A DNA stretch of 64,000 nt, from NCBI GenBank assembly GCA_022823865.1, contig JAJEHF010000140.1:5435-69434 (forward strand), read 5' to 3'. Positions 27,197-37,312 of the stretch are shown piece after piece. Below the pieces are notes generated by a model. The model was not told the DNA's origin and did no database searches. It was given only the letters and a program-made list of their open reading frames with translations. This DNA comes from Bryobacterales bacterium (lineage in GTDB: Bacteria > Acidobacteriota > Terriglobia > Bryobacterales > UBA6623). The first letter of the stretch is position 1; each line of letters starts with the position of its first letter. The translations under genes were made by a program, and so were the position numbers.

Positions 27197-27793
27197 TCAA
27201 TAGTGCAGCAGGAGCCAGACAGCGCAGGACACTAGCACGAGGCCCATCGCACAGTTGAAGGTTCGCAGGCGCCAGCCTTGCTTGAGCGCCTTGCCGATCC
27301 CTACGCCAAACACGGTCCACGTGTAAGACGAGGCCAGGCCGGAGACCAGAAAGGCGCTGGCAGCCAGCAGGGCGTTGGGAACCGCGACCTCGCCAGTCGC
27401 GTAGGCCGCTGTCAGGGAGATTGCGAGGGCCCATGCTGCGGGGTTCACCCACTGGAACAGGATCGCCTCGAAGAACGTGAGCGGTCTGCTCCGGTCGTTT
27501 CCCTCGGTTGCATGGGCTGTTGCAATACGCCACGCGAACCAAGCGAGCATGGCGCACCCGAGCCACTTGAGGATCTTGACAATGACCGGGAATGGCTCGA
27601 TCGCTGGCCCGAGGCCGAGAGCCACCAGCGTCAGCATGATCGGAAAGCCGATAGCGACCCCCATCGCATGTGGCACTGACCGGCGCCACCCATAATTGGC
27701 CCCGGAGGCGCTGAGCATGGCGTTGTTCGGGCCGGGAGTCCAGGTCATGGAGACGGCCAACCCGGCGAGTGCGGTCGCAGTTTCGAGATTCAT
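27197..27793 (-). CDS. LysE/RhtB-family amino-acid (small-molecule) exporter
   Basis: 198 aa with about six TM helices. The N-terminus ...TPGPNNAMLSASGANYGWRRSVPHAMGVAIG matches the LysE/RhtB signature (PGPN). Confidence 0.8.
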   Translation of the reverse strand: MNLETATALAGLAVSMTWTPGPNNAMLSASGANYGWRRSVPHAMGVAIGFPIMLTLVALGLGPAIEPFPVIVKILKWLGCAMLAWFAWRIATAHATEGNDRSRPLTFFEAILFQWVNPAAWALAISLTAAYATGEVAVPNALLAASAFLVSGLASSYTWTVFGVGIGKALKQGWRLRTFNCAMGLVLVSCAVWLLLHY

Positions 27794-28020
27794 GCCAGGC
27801 CCCGTGGAGACGGTCTCGACCGGCTAGAGCAGATCCGGCTCCTGGGACTGGATAGTGGGCCAGCGAAGCTTGATCTGGATCTACGCTTCCCTCAACATAC
27901 CGCCTCGAGAATCGGGCCGGCAGCTACAAGGACTGACTCCGCCATGTCGAACGGTTGCTTGGGTCCCGGTCGCACGGCTGGTCATCAAGCGCGCTCTCAG
28001 CTGCGCGGGCGAGACACCGC

Positions 28021-29874
28021 TTAGGGTGCAAGGGACACTGGAGCCGCAGTCTCAGGGGTCTCGGCGCGTTCCGGCTGGCCGCCGGAACGTACGGGACTCT
28101 CCTCTGCCATTGAGCCAGTGCCCTCGTTCACAATGACTTGGAGCGGGTTCGACGGCAGTGCATCTTCGTCGCGAACGCGGGAGGTCCCATAGATGTGGAA
28201 CGGCTGCGCATCGTTGATTCGGGCCACTTCCTCGAGCGTCTGCTTGCGATGCTTGGGGATCAGGCGAGGGGGCTCCGCCTTGGCGTTCGGCTCCCGGTCC
28301 CAGTTCAGATGCAGATGCGGCGACAGCTTCTCTTCGGGTTCGCCCGCGAAGCGCATCGCCGGCCACTTGAACGACGGCCCGTGAACGTGTTTTCCGCGAA
28401 GGTGGTAGAACACCTTGGTGCCGATCCTGAAGTACTTTCTCGACCGCTCGCGCATTTCGCCGAAATCGCGGCTCTGCTTCCAGGCGGTCATGATGAATTC
28501 CCATTGAAGCTGGGTGAGCTCGCGGGCCTTCATCGCATGCCCGGAGGCCATGCGTGTGTCCTCCAGCGGCGTGAAGATCGACGGCACGTACAGGACCTTG
28601 TTGTTCTTCAACCGATGCAGGAGCTCTAGCGACTGCTTGATGTCGTCATCGGTCTCGTTCGGCAAGCCCACGATGAACGTGTACACCGGAAACCAGTTGT
28701 TGTCGTTGAGGATGTTCGTGCCTTCGACAACGATTTCCTGCCAGTCCTGGATGTCGAACGGGAGCGCCTTGCCCGACATGGTGAGCGCCGCCAGGCGCGG
28801 CGAACCGGTCTCGATGCCGATCAGCGGGGCCAGGAATCGCTTGTCGGGATGGGTCGAGTTCCGATTCTGCAGTGCACTCTTGCCGAGCAGCACGTTCGAC
28901 AGATCGCGGACAAGGCCGGGGTTGACCACCGCGGGCGCGATCGTGGCGTGCGAGACCGGGAGATAGTCCACGCCCGGTTCCTCGGCGATCGAGCCGTAGA
29001 AATTCAGCAACTGGTTGGGATTGGGCACATAGAACGGGGCGGATGCCCCGTAGATGAAGATGTCTTCCGAGACCGGGAAAATGATGCGACCGCCGTTGGA
29101 CGTGTTCGCCCTCACGGCCGACAGGACATCGGGCATGGGCACCGAGATGCGTGTTTCCAGGGTGGGGGAGCAAAACGCGCACTGCCTGCCGCAGCCCCGG
29201 GTCATTTCGACGATGCCGTATGTGGATCGTCGCCGCGGGATGACCAAGTTCTCGATGGACGGCTCCGGCGCGCTGACGGTCGGGGGCAGGTCGCGGCCGT
29301 CCTCGGCCATCTGGAACACCTCCAAGATTCTCGATTCCGCCCGCCCATTGATCACGCAATCGATCCCGAGCCTCTCGCGGGAAGAGGTCTTGTCGATCTG
29401 CCATGCGCCGGCCCCTCCGACGATGACCTTGGGCCTGTGCCTCCGAATCGCGGGGTGCAGGTACACCCGCTCCGACTCGGCCGCGTTGATGGGGCGCGCC
29501 GAGGATCCGAAGATATTGGAGTACACGCCGGTAGAGAACGCCGTTCCGATCGGGTTGTGCGCACCGACGCCGACTGCCACGGTGCGGCGTCCGACGAAGG
29601 TATCCAGATCGTCGGGATAGCAGACCACCACATCGTCGTCCGCGTATGCCCGCCGCAGCACCTCTTCCGCGACGCGCACACCGTAGGTCATCACCTTGGC
29701 GCTGCCGTCCGGGTTGCGAGGCTGATCGAATTTGTTCTTGTAAAAGAATCGCGGAACGAATTGCGCCGGTGCAGACGCGTACATCATCTGCTTCCACGGG
29801 CTAAACGCCTGCTCCGTGCTCTCGGTATCCGGAGCCGTTAGGACGAATTTCACACCGTCGCTATGGAATGCCAT
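28021..29874 (-). CDS. Radical SAM enzyme with Rossmann/B12-binding-like N-terminal domain and long C-terminal extension
   Basis: The CX3CX2C cluster motif is MTRGCGRQCAFCSP. Upstream is a roughly 220-aa domain (VAVGVGAHNPIG...KVIVGGAGAW) resembling the cobalamin-binding-like domain of class B rSAMs. The GIETGSPR and FIVGLPNETDDD motifs belong to the rSAM barrel. The last ~50 aa of a roughly 170-aa C-terminal tail are low-complexity. The subfamily was not recognised. Confidence 0.8.
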   Translation of the reverse strand: MAFHSDGVKFVLTAPDTESTEQAFSPWKQMMYASAPAQFVPRFFYKNKFDQPRNPDGSAKVMTYGVRVAEEVLRRAYADDDVVVCYPDDLDTFVGRRTVAVGVGAHNPIGTAFSTGVYSNIFGSSARPINAAESERVYLHPAIRRHRPKVIVGGAGAWQIDKTSSRERLGIDCVINGRAESRILEVFQMAEDGRDLPPTVSAPEPSIENLVIPRRRSTYGIVEMTRGCGRQCAFCSPTLETRISVPMPDVLSAVRANTSNGGRIIFPVSEDIFIYGASAPFYVPNPNQLLNFYGSIAEEPGVDYLPVSHATIAPAVVNPGLVRDLSNVLLGKSALQNRNSTHPDKRFLAPLIGIETGSPRLAALTMSGKALPFDIQDWQEIVVEGTNILNDNNWFPVYTFIVGLPNETDDDIKQSLELLHRLKNNKVLYVPSIFTPLEDTRMASGHAMKARELTQLQWEFIMTAWKQSRDFGEMRERSRKYFRIGTKVFYHLRGKHVHGPSFKWPAMRFAGEPEEKLSPHLHLNWDREPNAKAEPPRLIPKHRKQTLEEVARINDAQPFHIYGTSRVRDEDALPSNPLQVIVNEGTGSMAEESPVRSGGQPERAETPETAAPVSLAP

Positions 29875-30141
29875 TGCTAGAAAATCACCCGTCTGGTCTT
29901 GTAATTTTTGATTGTAAAGCCCGCTCGGCGATCAAGCGGGGCGCACCGCGCTTGGGTCGCAAGGCATTGGTGCGAACAAGCTTCGCTCTGAAGTCCGGCC
30001 CGACTCATTTGAGCGGGCCCGAGGAGCCGTTCCCGGCACGCAGCCAACCTTCGAAGCGCGAAATGCCATGATGGAGGTCAAGACATGCCGGCGGGTCTCT
30101 CAAAGGGACCGGACTGGTTTCGCGAACGGGAGAAAGAGGGA

Positions 30142-30603
30142 ATGAACCTTGAATTCAGAACGACCCAGCTGCAAGCGCAGCCCTACCTAGGGATTCGTGC
30201 CAAGACAACGATAGACAAGCTTGGCGCGATCATGGGGCCGCTGTTCGGGGAGGTCTACGCCCACATCCAGCAGGGCGGGCAGAAGCCGGCCGGCATGCCG
30301 TTCTCGATCTACCACTCGATGGAGGGCGACGCCGTCGAACTCGAGTGCGGGATGCCCGTCGTGATGCAGATGGACGGCACGGCTCGCGTCCAGCCTGGCG
30401 AGCTTCCCTGCGGGACGATGGCCACCGTCACACACATGGGTCCGTACGAAGGCTTGCCGAAGACTTGGGCGGCGCTGACGGAGTGGATTCGGTCGCAGGG
30501 CCTGGAAGCTGCCGCGGCGCCTTGGGAAGTTTACGTCACCGATCCTGGCGCCGAAGCGGACCAGTCCAAGTGGCGCACTGACATCTTCTTCCCGGTTCGC
30601 TGA
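30142..30603 (+). CDS. GyrI-like (AraC effector-binding-domain-like) small-molecule binding protein
   Basis: The start was moved to ATG 30142, with AGAGGG immediately upstream. It is 153 aa. ...QAQPYLGIRAKTT...GMPFSIYH...CGMPV...YEGLPKTWAALTEWI...PWEVYVTDP is the SOUL/GyrI-like pattern. No DNA-binding domain is present. Confidence 0.7.
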   Translation: MNLEFRTTQLQAQPYLGIRAKTTIDKLGAIMGPLFGEVYAHIQQGGQKPAGMPFSIYHSMEGDAVELECGMPVVMQMDGTARVQPGELPCGTMATVTHMGPYEGLPKTWAALTEWIRSQGLEAAAAPWEVYVTDPGAEADQSKWRTDIFFPVR

Positions 30604-30845
30604 TCCGGCCTCGTTCCGGCCCGGGGCGTCTAGAGGGATCTTCGGCGATCGGCCCTTTGCAGCCCGTGGCAGAAGTCGATGGTCGTGACAGGGGACAGTC
30701 GTAGAAGCCGTCGGTTGCCGGCCTAGAGGCTCGGGTAGGGGTCAATCCGGCCGCTTACAGGATTACAGGGTCCGGACACCTGTTTCTCCTCGGAATCGCG
30801 TGGACTCGAGCCGGTCCGCTCTTTCGAGGCTCCTGCCACAGGCTG

Positions 30846-32114
30846 TCAGACTCCCTTGGGCGTACTCCAGTGCGTGCGATACCGTCGACTCACGTGAAGA
30901 TTGGCTTCTTCGTCGTTGATGGCCTGCTCAGACTCTTGATCGAAGTCCACATTGCGGCCAGTCCGCGCCACGATGTTGGCTAGGTGGCAATGTAGCGCCG
31001 ACAGATGTCCGATGGAAATGTCGGCACTGGGCAGCTTCCGTGTGCGGATGCAGTCGATGAAGTTGCGCATGTGGTCGTCCGCCTCGTCATTGGCGTCGTT
31101 GTGTTCGACGAGCTTTCCCGAGCGATCAAATAGCTTATAGCCCCATCTGCGGTTCCAGCGGCCGATCTGTATGGTGGCATCGCTGCCGTACACAGCGACC
31201 CCGTTCTCTTGGCCGTCCATCCCGTAGGGATTCCAAATTCGCATTTCCCATATCAGGGCTTTCCCGCCATAGTCGAACGTGACGTTCATCGTGTCGGGTG
31301 TCTGCTGGTCATCGTCAAAGAAGATCTTCCCGCCCATTCCCTTGGCTGACTTGGGGTAGTCCACGCCGAGCGCCCACCTAGCAATGTCGATTTGGTGTGC
31401 ACCGTCGTTGCCTGCATCGCCGGTTCCGAAGTGCCAGTGCCAGTGCCACTTGTAGTGGAAGCGATTCTCGTTGAACGGAATCCAAGGGGCCGGTCCCAGC
31501 CACGTGTCGTAGTCGACCCCGTCGGGAACAGGGGAATTCTCCTTGTGGCCGATGTCGTCGCGCAGTTGCACGTCCCACGCCTTGGCCATGATCACGTTGC
31601 CGATCTGGCCGGACTTGACGATCTCCAGCGCCTCAAGCGTTGACGGCCGGCTGCGGGACTGCGTTCCGACCTGAACGATGCGCTTGTTCCGCCGCGCGGC
31701 GTCGACCATGAGTCGGCCCTCGCGAATGTTGTGCGAAGCCGGTTTCTCAACGTAGACATCCTTTCCGGCATCGCAGGCCAGAATCGTCGCGGGCGCATGC
31801 CAGTGATCGGGCGTCGCGACGACAACAGCATCCACCGCCTTGTCGTCGAACAGATACCGCATGTCGTTCGTGGTCTGCGGCTTTCGCCCCCCTGCTTTCG
31901 CGATGACCTGATCAGCGCGTTCCAAGGATGCTTGGTCCGCGTCGCACAGATGGGTCACATTGACGTCGGGTAGACTTGCATACACCCCGAGCAGACCCCG
32001 CCCGCGGCCGCCGACGCCAATCATGCCCACGTTCACCTTGTCGGCAGCAGCCACTTGCGCCCGCGTGGCCGCCAGGCCCGCTGCGGCGGCCCCAAGAAAA
32101 CTCCTTCGGTGCAT
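30846..32114 (-). CDS. Gfo/Idh/MocA-family oxidoreductase, Tat-exported
   Basis: The start was moved to ATG 32114 (MHRRSFLGAAAAGLAATRA, a Tat leader). The Rossmann motif is VGMIGVGGRGRG, with EKP downstream. The upstream 92 codons of the track ORF are read-through. Confidence 0.85.
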   Translation of the reverse strand: MHRRSFLGAAAAGLAATRAQVAAADKVNVGMIGVGGRGRGLLGVYASLPDVNVTHLCDADQASLERADQVIAKAGGRKPQTTNDMRYLFDDKAVDAVVVATPDHWHAPATILACDAGKDVYVEKPASHNIREGRLMVDAARRNKRIVQVGTQSRSRPSTLEALEIVKSGQIGNVIMAKAWDVQLRDDIGHKENSPVPDGVDYDTWLGPAPWIPFNENRFHYKWHWHWHFGTGDAGNDGAHQIDIARWALGVDYPKSAKGMGGKIFFDDDQQTPDTMNVTFDYGGKALIWEMRIWNPYGMDGQENGVAVYGSDATIQIGRWNRRWGYKLFDRSGKLVEHNDANDEADDHMRNFIDCIRTRKLPSADISIGHLSALHCHLANIVARTGRNVDFDQESEQAINDEEANLHVSRRYRTHWSTPKGV

Positions 32115-32295
32115 GGATTCCCCCTCCGCGGCTATCGTCCACGAGCGCCGGCCGCGAGATCCCTTGGTCTGCGCTGGGCGGCGCACATCACGGTAACACA
32201 GACCATGCTCCAATTCTCTTCGGAATGGGCATGAAGAGGACCGGCCCGGAACGAGCAAGCAAGGCTGCGGGAAGCTAGCAAGACCCGGCCAGGCT

Positions 32296-33360
32296 TCACT
32301 CCTGGCGCGGCCCCGCGATTGAGCCTTCGCCGCGCTGCCTGGCGATCCCGAATAGCCGCTGGGCATTCTCGCCGAGTATTTTCCGCTCATCTGCCTCCGG
32401 CAGTTCGAGGCTTAGGAGAGCCTTCCGAGTCAGTTGCGGGTCGACCCAGGGGTGGTCACTCGCAAACAGCAGCCGGTCCGCTCCAACGAAGTCGTAGCCG
32501 TAGCGAATTGTCAAGGCCAGTACCGAAGCCGTATCCAAATACACCGTGCGCAAATACTCGCTCGGCAACTTCGTGATGGCTCCCCCTCCCCGACCGAGGA
32601 CCGCCACCTGGTAATCCAATCGACCGATCAGGTACGGAAGCGTCCCGCCCAAGTGCGGGCACACCAGTTTCAGGGCCGGACGCTCTTCCAGAATCCCCGC
32701 CATGATCATTCTCGCCAACGCTATCGTGGAGTCGAACATCCAACCCAGCCCCCCCGTCATCTGGTAGCCTCTCGTGGCCCCGTAGCACACCGGGTGCGCC
32801 GGGTGCAGCACGAGGGGAACGCCCAAATCCTCGACGCGCCGAATCAACGGGCGGAATTCAGGTTCGTCGCCGAAGCGTCCGTTCTGGTTCGAGAACAGAA
32901 GCAGGCCCCGCATGCCCAGTTCGCACACGGCTCGGTCCAGTTCCTTCAACGATGCCTCAAGGTTCTGAGTGGGCAGGACCGCCAGGCCAGCGAACCGCTG
33001 CGGGTGGCGTCGAGCGATCTCCGCAACATAGTCGTTCATCATTCGGGCGATGGCCGGTCCCTCGGCACCGAACAATTCGGGCCCGGGGAAGTTGGTGCTC
33101 AACAGCGTGACATCGATTCCATGCGTGTCCATCATCGCCAGCTTGGCTTGCACGCTGGTGTGGCCCGGGCGGAGCTTGAGGGCCCAATCTCCCACCTGAA
33201 CGTAGCGTTCGCCGCTTTGGCGATACGCCCTTGGCAGGGTGTTGCGCTTCTCTAGGAAGGCGAGAAACTCCGGAATGTAGATATGGCTCTGGCAATCCAC
33301 GCAAAGCGGCCTGGATCGGCCATCCGCAGCGAGAGAGGATTTCGATGTCGCCGGGTTCAT
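32296..33360 (-). CDS. Amidohydrolase-2 (ACMSD-like metal-dependent hydrolase/decarboxylase) family protein
   Basis: The start was moved to ATG 33360. It has VDCQSHIYIPEF (an N-terminal metal-ligand region, here QxH where many family members have HxH), ...VLHPAHP..., ...CPHLGGTLPYLIGRLD... and ...FASDHPW. By eye it is about half identical to the paralogue at 45230-46288. Confidence 0.8.
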   Translation of the reverse strand: MNPATSKSSLAADGRSRPLCVDCQSHIYIPEFLAFLEKRNTLPRAYRQSGERYVQVGDWALKLRPGHTSVQAKLAMMDTHGIDVTLLSTNFPGPELFGAEGPAIARMMNDYVAEIARRHPQRFAGLAVLPTQNLEASLKELDRAVCELGMRGLLLFSNQNGRFGDEPEFRPLIRRVEDLGVPLVLHPAHPVCYGATRGYQMTGGLGWMFDSTIALARMIMAGILEERPALKLVCPHLGGTLPYLIGRLDYQVAVLGRGGGAITKLPSEYLRTVYLDTASVLALTIRYGYDFVGADRLLFASDHPWVDPQLTRKALLSLELPEADERKILGENAQRLFGIARQRGEGSIAGPRQE

Positions 33361-33518
33361 CTCCCGTGAGCCAGACACTTCAGGACGGAGCCAGCCTCCG
33401 ACGCTGCGGCGAATCCCCAATGGCTGCGGGCGAGACCCTCACCAAGCGGGCCTCGCGCGCCGTTGTTCCTTGGCCGCGCGGGGCCTTCGGCAAAGACCCA
33501 CCTCGATTTCGGCGCCCG

Positions 33519-34310
33519 TCACGGCAGCGCAAGCTTTGACGCCTCCAGATCGGTGACGAAGCCATGCCCCGGAGAGTGGGTAATCATCACGTCGACCTTG
33601 GCTGACAGCGCAGCTTCCTGGGGAGTAACTCCGCAGGCCCAAAAAACGGGAACGATCGAGGTCGGGATTGCCTCGACTGGCGGGCCAAAGTACGGCTCCA
33701 TCAGGTCGGCGCCGATCACGGTCGGGTCGCCAATGTGCAGCGGCGCCCCGTGATTGAAGGGAAATCGCGCCGTCACCTGCGTCGCAGTAATGGCTTGGGC
33801 TGGCGAAAGCCACCGCATCGTGACGACCAAAGGGCCCTGGAAACGTCCCGCTGGGACCGTCTGCAGCGATGTTCGAAGCACCCACCTGTCCTGGGTTGTT
33901 TGCACCCCAGCTTTCTCCAACGCCTGATCGAATGAGATTCCAGAACCGATCAAGAACGACACGAAATCGTCGCGCCAGAGCTCTTTGATCGACGTAAGGT
34001 CTGGCAAGCGCCTGCCGTCGCGGTACACGGCATAGCGTGGAAGGTCCGTCCGGAGGTCAGCGCCCGGAGCCAGATGCTTCGGCTCCGGGTCGCCCGTGTC
34101 GGTGACTTCGAGCACGGGGCAGGCGCGCTGGTTCCTCTGGCAGTAGAGAAGGAATTCGTACGCATACCTTTCGCGAATCACGACGAGGTTGCATTGGACG
34201 TAACCGATAGCCAAGCCGCGCGTGGTGCCGCTGAGACGACCCTCGCGGCACGCCAAGCGCACCTCTTGCGGTGAAACCAGTCCGTCCGCAGCGATCGCGT
34301 GGGAAATCAT
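33519..34310 (-). CDS. DUF1445 / UPF0317 putative hydro-lyase (D-glutamate-cyclase-like)
   Basis: The start was moved to ATG 34310, which overlaps the TGA of the upstream permease gene (ATGA). ...GLAIGYVQCNLVVI...YAYEFLLYCQRNQRACPVLEV...PLVVTMRW...HGAPLHIGDP...VPVFWACGVTPQ...MITHSPGHGFVTD is the conserved DUF1445 pattern. Confidence 0.8.
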   Translation of the reverse strand: MISHAIAADGLVSPQEVRLACREGRLSGTTRGLAIGYVQCNLVVIRERYAYEFLLYCQRNQRACPVLEVTDTGDPEPKHLAPGADLRTDLPRYAVYRDGRRLPDLTSIKELWRDDFVSFLIGSGISFDQALEKAGVQTTQDRWVLRTSLQTVPAGRFQGPLVVTMRWLSPAQAITATQVTARFPFNHGAPLHIGDPTVIGADLMEPYFGPPVEAIPTSIVPVFWACGVTPQEAALSAKVDVMITHSPGHGFVTDLEASKLALP

Positions 34311-36289
34311 CTGTGGGTCCTCCTGGAGCCCGAGGCCGGCCCCGCCAGTGAGGCCTGAGGCCGAGAGGGGAATCTCCCGTCCCTCGCAATGAGCAGCCAA
34401 AGCCCGACGAGAGCCAAGGCGCCGAGAGACCACAACCACTCCGCCGTTCCAGTCGGCGAGCAAATCGCTCCTGCGGCGGCCGCTCCGCACCAGATTCGTT
34501 CGAAGACCCGCAACGAACGCTTGCACCAGCCAACGACCGCAACCGCCCACGCCATCGTGCCGACGACAAGCGAGATGAACGCGGCGGCCACCCAGATCAG
34601 ATCCCCGTCGCCCAGCAGCCTGGGGTCGAGGGCGAGGGCGACCGGGATCAGGAAAGAGACGAAGCTGAGGCGGAACGCGCAGACGCTGGTGCGCATGGCG
34701 CCGCCCCCCGCGATCCCGGCCGCAGCGTATGAGGCCAAAGCAACCGGCGGCGTCACCATCGATAGCACGCAGTAATACATTACGAAAAAATGGGCGGACA
34801 TCTCCGGGATTCCGAGCTTCAAGAGCGCCGGCGCAAATAGGATCGCCCCGATGATGTACGCAGCGACCGTGGGCAGTCCCATTCCCATGACCAGGCATCC
34901 CACGACAATCAGGGCCATCGCGCCCACTAGGGTGCCACCGGTGCCGGCCATCAGTTGCGTGCTGAACTTCAACGCCAAGTTGGACTGAATCGCCACAGCG
35001 ATGATGATTCCGATCGCCGCTATGGGCACGGCCACTTGACTGGCTTGCCGCGTGGAATCTGCTACGAGGCCGGCGAGACCCCGCCAATTCAACCTGCTTG
35101 CTCGGCGGAAATTGCAGACGACGAGGCAACTCAAGCTGGCGATCACAGCCGCATAGGTCGCTGAGTAACCTGCAACGAGCATGCTGACCAGGACCGCAGG
35201 CGGGGTCAGCAGATAGAGACGCGGGCCTATGGGCTGTTTTGGCTTGAGATCTTGATTGGGCAAAGCGCCCGCACCCGCCCTGCGCGCTCGCAAATCGACC
35301 GACAGAAAAATCGCCACATAGAATGCGGTCGCCGGAATCAGTCCCGCCAGTGCGATGCGCCCGTACCCGACCTGCAGCATTTCGGCCATGACGAAGGCGG
35401 CCACGCCCATGACAGGGGGCATCAACTGCCCGCCGGTGGACGCCACAGCTTCAATCGCGCCCGCCATCTCGCGCGAGTAGCCCGCTCGGCGCATCAGCGG
35501 AATCGTGAACACTCCCGTTCCTGCGACGTTCGCGACCGCGCTGCCGGTAATGCTTCCCATCAAACTGCTCGCGACCACGGCAGCCTTGGCGGAACCGCCG
35601 GCGCGCGCGCCGGCGACTCTGAGCCCGATGTCGATAAACAACTGCCCGCCACCGATCGCGGCGTATACCGCCCCGAAGAGGATGAAGTAGAAGACGAACC
35701 GCACAGACGTGTCAGTCGTGATCCCGAGTATCCCGTTCAGTGACATCGACAAGATCTCGACGGCCTCTTTCAGCCCGAAACCAGAGAACCGCAGCCAGCC
35801 GGGGGTCCATTCCCCGACCATGCCGTAGGCCAGGAATGCGATCAGCACCCCCAAGAGCGACCATCCGACGACCCGGCGAACGCCCTCCAACAGCAAGAGC
35901 ACCACAAGCGCGCCGAAGAACATGTCCACGGCAAGGACGGGATCGACGCCTTCTATGCGCTCCGTCAAGCGCCGGGCCGACAGCAGGTAATAGGCTCCCG
36001 CGCTCAGGGTGGCGGCGATGATCGCGATGTCGAGGAAGCGGGAGAGTCGGCCCAGGCGCTTTGCATCGAGCGGGAACCACAGAAAGAGCAGGGTGGCTGC
36101 TAGCGCCAAGTGGAACGGACGTTCTACGAGAGGCGCCTGGGGGCGAAAAATGATGTAGACCTGGAATGCGATCCAGAGGAAGCTCAGTCCCAGGCGCAGG
36201 GAACTGGCGAGTCGCGGGGCGTCCAGCGCAGCGTGCTCGGTCAGATCTGGGGTGCTTGCGGAGGACTCCGTGCCGCCCGCTAGAGCCAT
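34307..36289 (-). CDS. TRAP transporter fused permease (TAXI-type DctQM fusion)
   Basis: The start was moved to ATG 36289, which overlaps the binding-protein gene by 10 nt. It is about 660 aa and polytopic throughout, matching the TAXI-TRAP fused-permease architecture directly downstream of a TAXI binding protein. Confidence 0.85.
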   Translation of the reverse strand: MALAGGTESSASTPDLTEHAALDAPRLASSLRLGLSFLWIAFQVYIIFRPQAPLVERPFHLALAATLLFLWFPLDAKRLGRLSRFLDIAIIAATLSAGAYYLLSARRLTERIEGVDPVLAVDMFFGALVVLLLLEGVRRVVGWSLLGVLIAFLAYGMVGEWTPGWLRFSGFGLKEAVEILSMSLNGILGITTDTSVRFVFYFILFGAVYAAIGGGQLFIDIGLRVAGARAGGSAKAAVVASSLMGSITGSAVANVAGTGVFTIPLMRRAGYSREMAGAIEAVASTGGQLMPPVMGVAAFVMAEMLQVGYGRIALAGLIPATAFYVAIFLSVDLRARRAGAGALPNQDLKPKQPIGPRLYLLTPPAVLVSMLVAGYSATYAAVIASLSCLVVCNFRRASRLNWRGLAGLVADSTRQASQVAVPIAAIGIIIAVAIQSNLALKFSTQLMAGTGGTLVGAMALIVVGCLVMGMGLPTVAAYIIGAILFAPALLKLGIPEMSAHFFVMYYCVLSMVTPPVALASYAAAGIAGGGAMRTSVCAFRLSFVSFLIPVALALDPRLLGDGDLIWVAAAFISLVVGTMAWAVAVVGWCKRSLRVFERIWCGAAAAGAICSPTGTAEWLWSLGALALVGLWLLIARDGRFPSRPQASLAGPASGSRRTHR

Positions 36290-37284
36290 CCTCTTTCCTT
36301 GAAGTACCGCTCTGCGCCCGGATGCAGGGGTACTCCTGTCTTTTCCAGGAGGCCGCCTTTCTCGGGTTCGAAATCCTCCCAAGCGCGATGGGCCGCCGCC
36401 ATCGCGTCACTGTTCTCGCAAATGGTCTTCGTGATGAGGTAGGCCAGGTCCGGAGATACGTTCTTATGCGTGATCAGCACCGTGCCCATGTCAACTGAAT
36501 CGATGCTCCCCAGTTGTCCTTTGAACCATTGCGGCATCGGGGTTCGCGTGATGCCAGGGGCTATGAGCTTCTGGATGACCGCGTCCGGATAGTCCAGGAA
36601 CCGAACAGCGGTTGTCGTCGAGACCTCGGTCAAGGTCGGATGGCCCCGAATCGCCGTCTCCAAGTAGAGATCGGCCCGCCCGTCACGGAGAATCGTCGGA
36701 ATCTGACTGGCGCTGACTTGGATGATGTCCCCGCCGCGGGCAAGGATCTTGGCACGGCTGGTCCCGAAGGCTTCGAACAGCATTTCGGCCACTACGGGCA
36801 CGGTGCTGCCTTGCGGCTTCATGACAACCCGCAAGGGCTCGTCCGACAGCAATGCTCTTTCTAGGGTCTCGTGGCCCGTGCGTTCGATGTAGTCCTGGGT
36901 GAACATCGCCGCCATCCAGACTCGATTCAGCCCCCCAGCCAGGGCGCGGATATTTTCGTGTTTCCGCCCCTCGTAGGCGACAGGGTGGCCGCTATATGCC
37001 CAGGCCGCGGTCGCGGCTTGGGCGATGGCGATCGTTTCCTCGCCGCGGTCCACCAGGATTGGATTGCCAATGCCGCCGCCGCGCGCGATGACTTCGACCC
37101 GCGTGCCGTCGGGAACGGATTCCTGCAGCAGATTGGCCAAGGTGGCCGCGAAGACGTACCACGATGTCCCGGGTGGCATAGCGCCGATCGAGATGGTGGA
37201 GGACTCGTCCCGGCTGCAGCCGAAAACCCCGAGCGAAACGGCCGCAGCGAGGGCTCCAACCGCGATCCGCCTTCGCCACGACAT
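36280..37284 (-). CDS. TAXI-family TRAP transporter solute-binding protein (lipoprotein)
   Basis: Signal and lipobox (LGVFGCSRD). ...GTSWYVFAATLANLL...EVIARGGGIGNPILVDRGE... and ...PLHPGAERYFKERGWL C-terminus are typical of TAXI receptors. Confidence 0.85.
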   Translation of the reverse strand: MSWRRRIAVGALAAAVSLGVFGCSRDESSTISIGAMPPGTSWYVFAATLANLLQESVPDGTRVEVIARGGGIGNPILVDRGEETIAIAQAATAAWAYSGHPVAYEGRKHENIRALAGGLNRVWMAAMFTQDYIERTGHETLERALLSDEPLRVVMKPQGSTVPVVAEMLFEAFGTSRAKILARGGDIIQVSASQIPTILRDGRADLYLETAIRGHPTLTEVSTTTAVRFLDYPDAVIQKLIAPGITRTPMPQWFKGQLGSIDSVDMGTVLITHKNVSPDLAYLITKTICENSDAMAAAHRAWEDFEPEKGGLLEKTGVPLHPGAERYFKERGWL

Positions 37285-37312
37285 CGTTGATTCGGTCCCG
37301 GGGCCGGGCTGC

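Noticed and set aside
33519-35129. 536-aa ORF suggesting a large protein that includes the DUF1445 domain.
   Set aside because: Only the C-terminal 263 aa, from ATG 34310, are protein-like. The upstream part is an alternative frame of the TRAP permease gene. ATG 34310 overlaps the permease TGA, which is the natural start.
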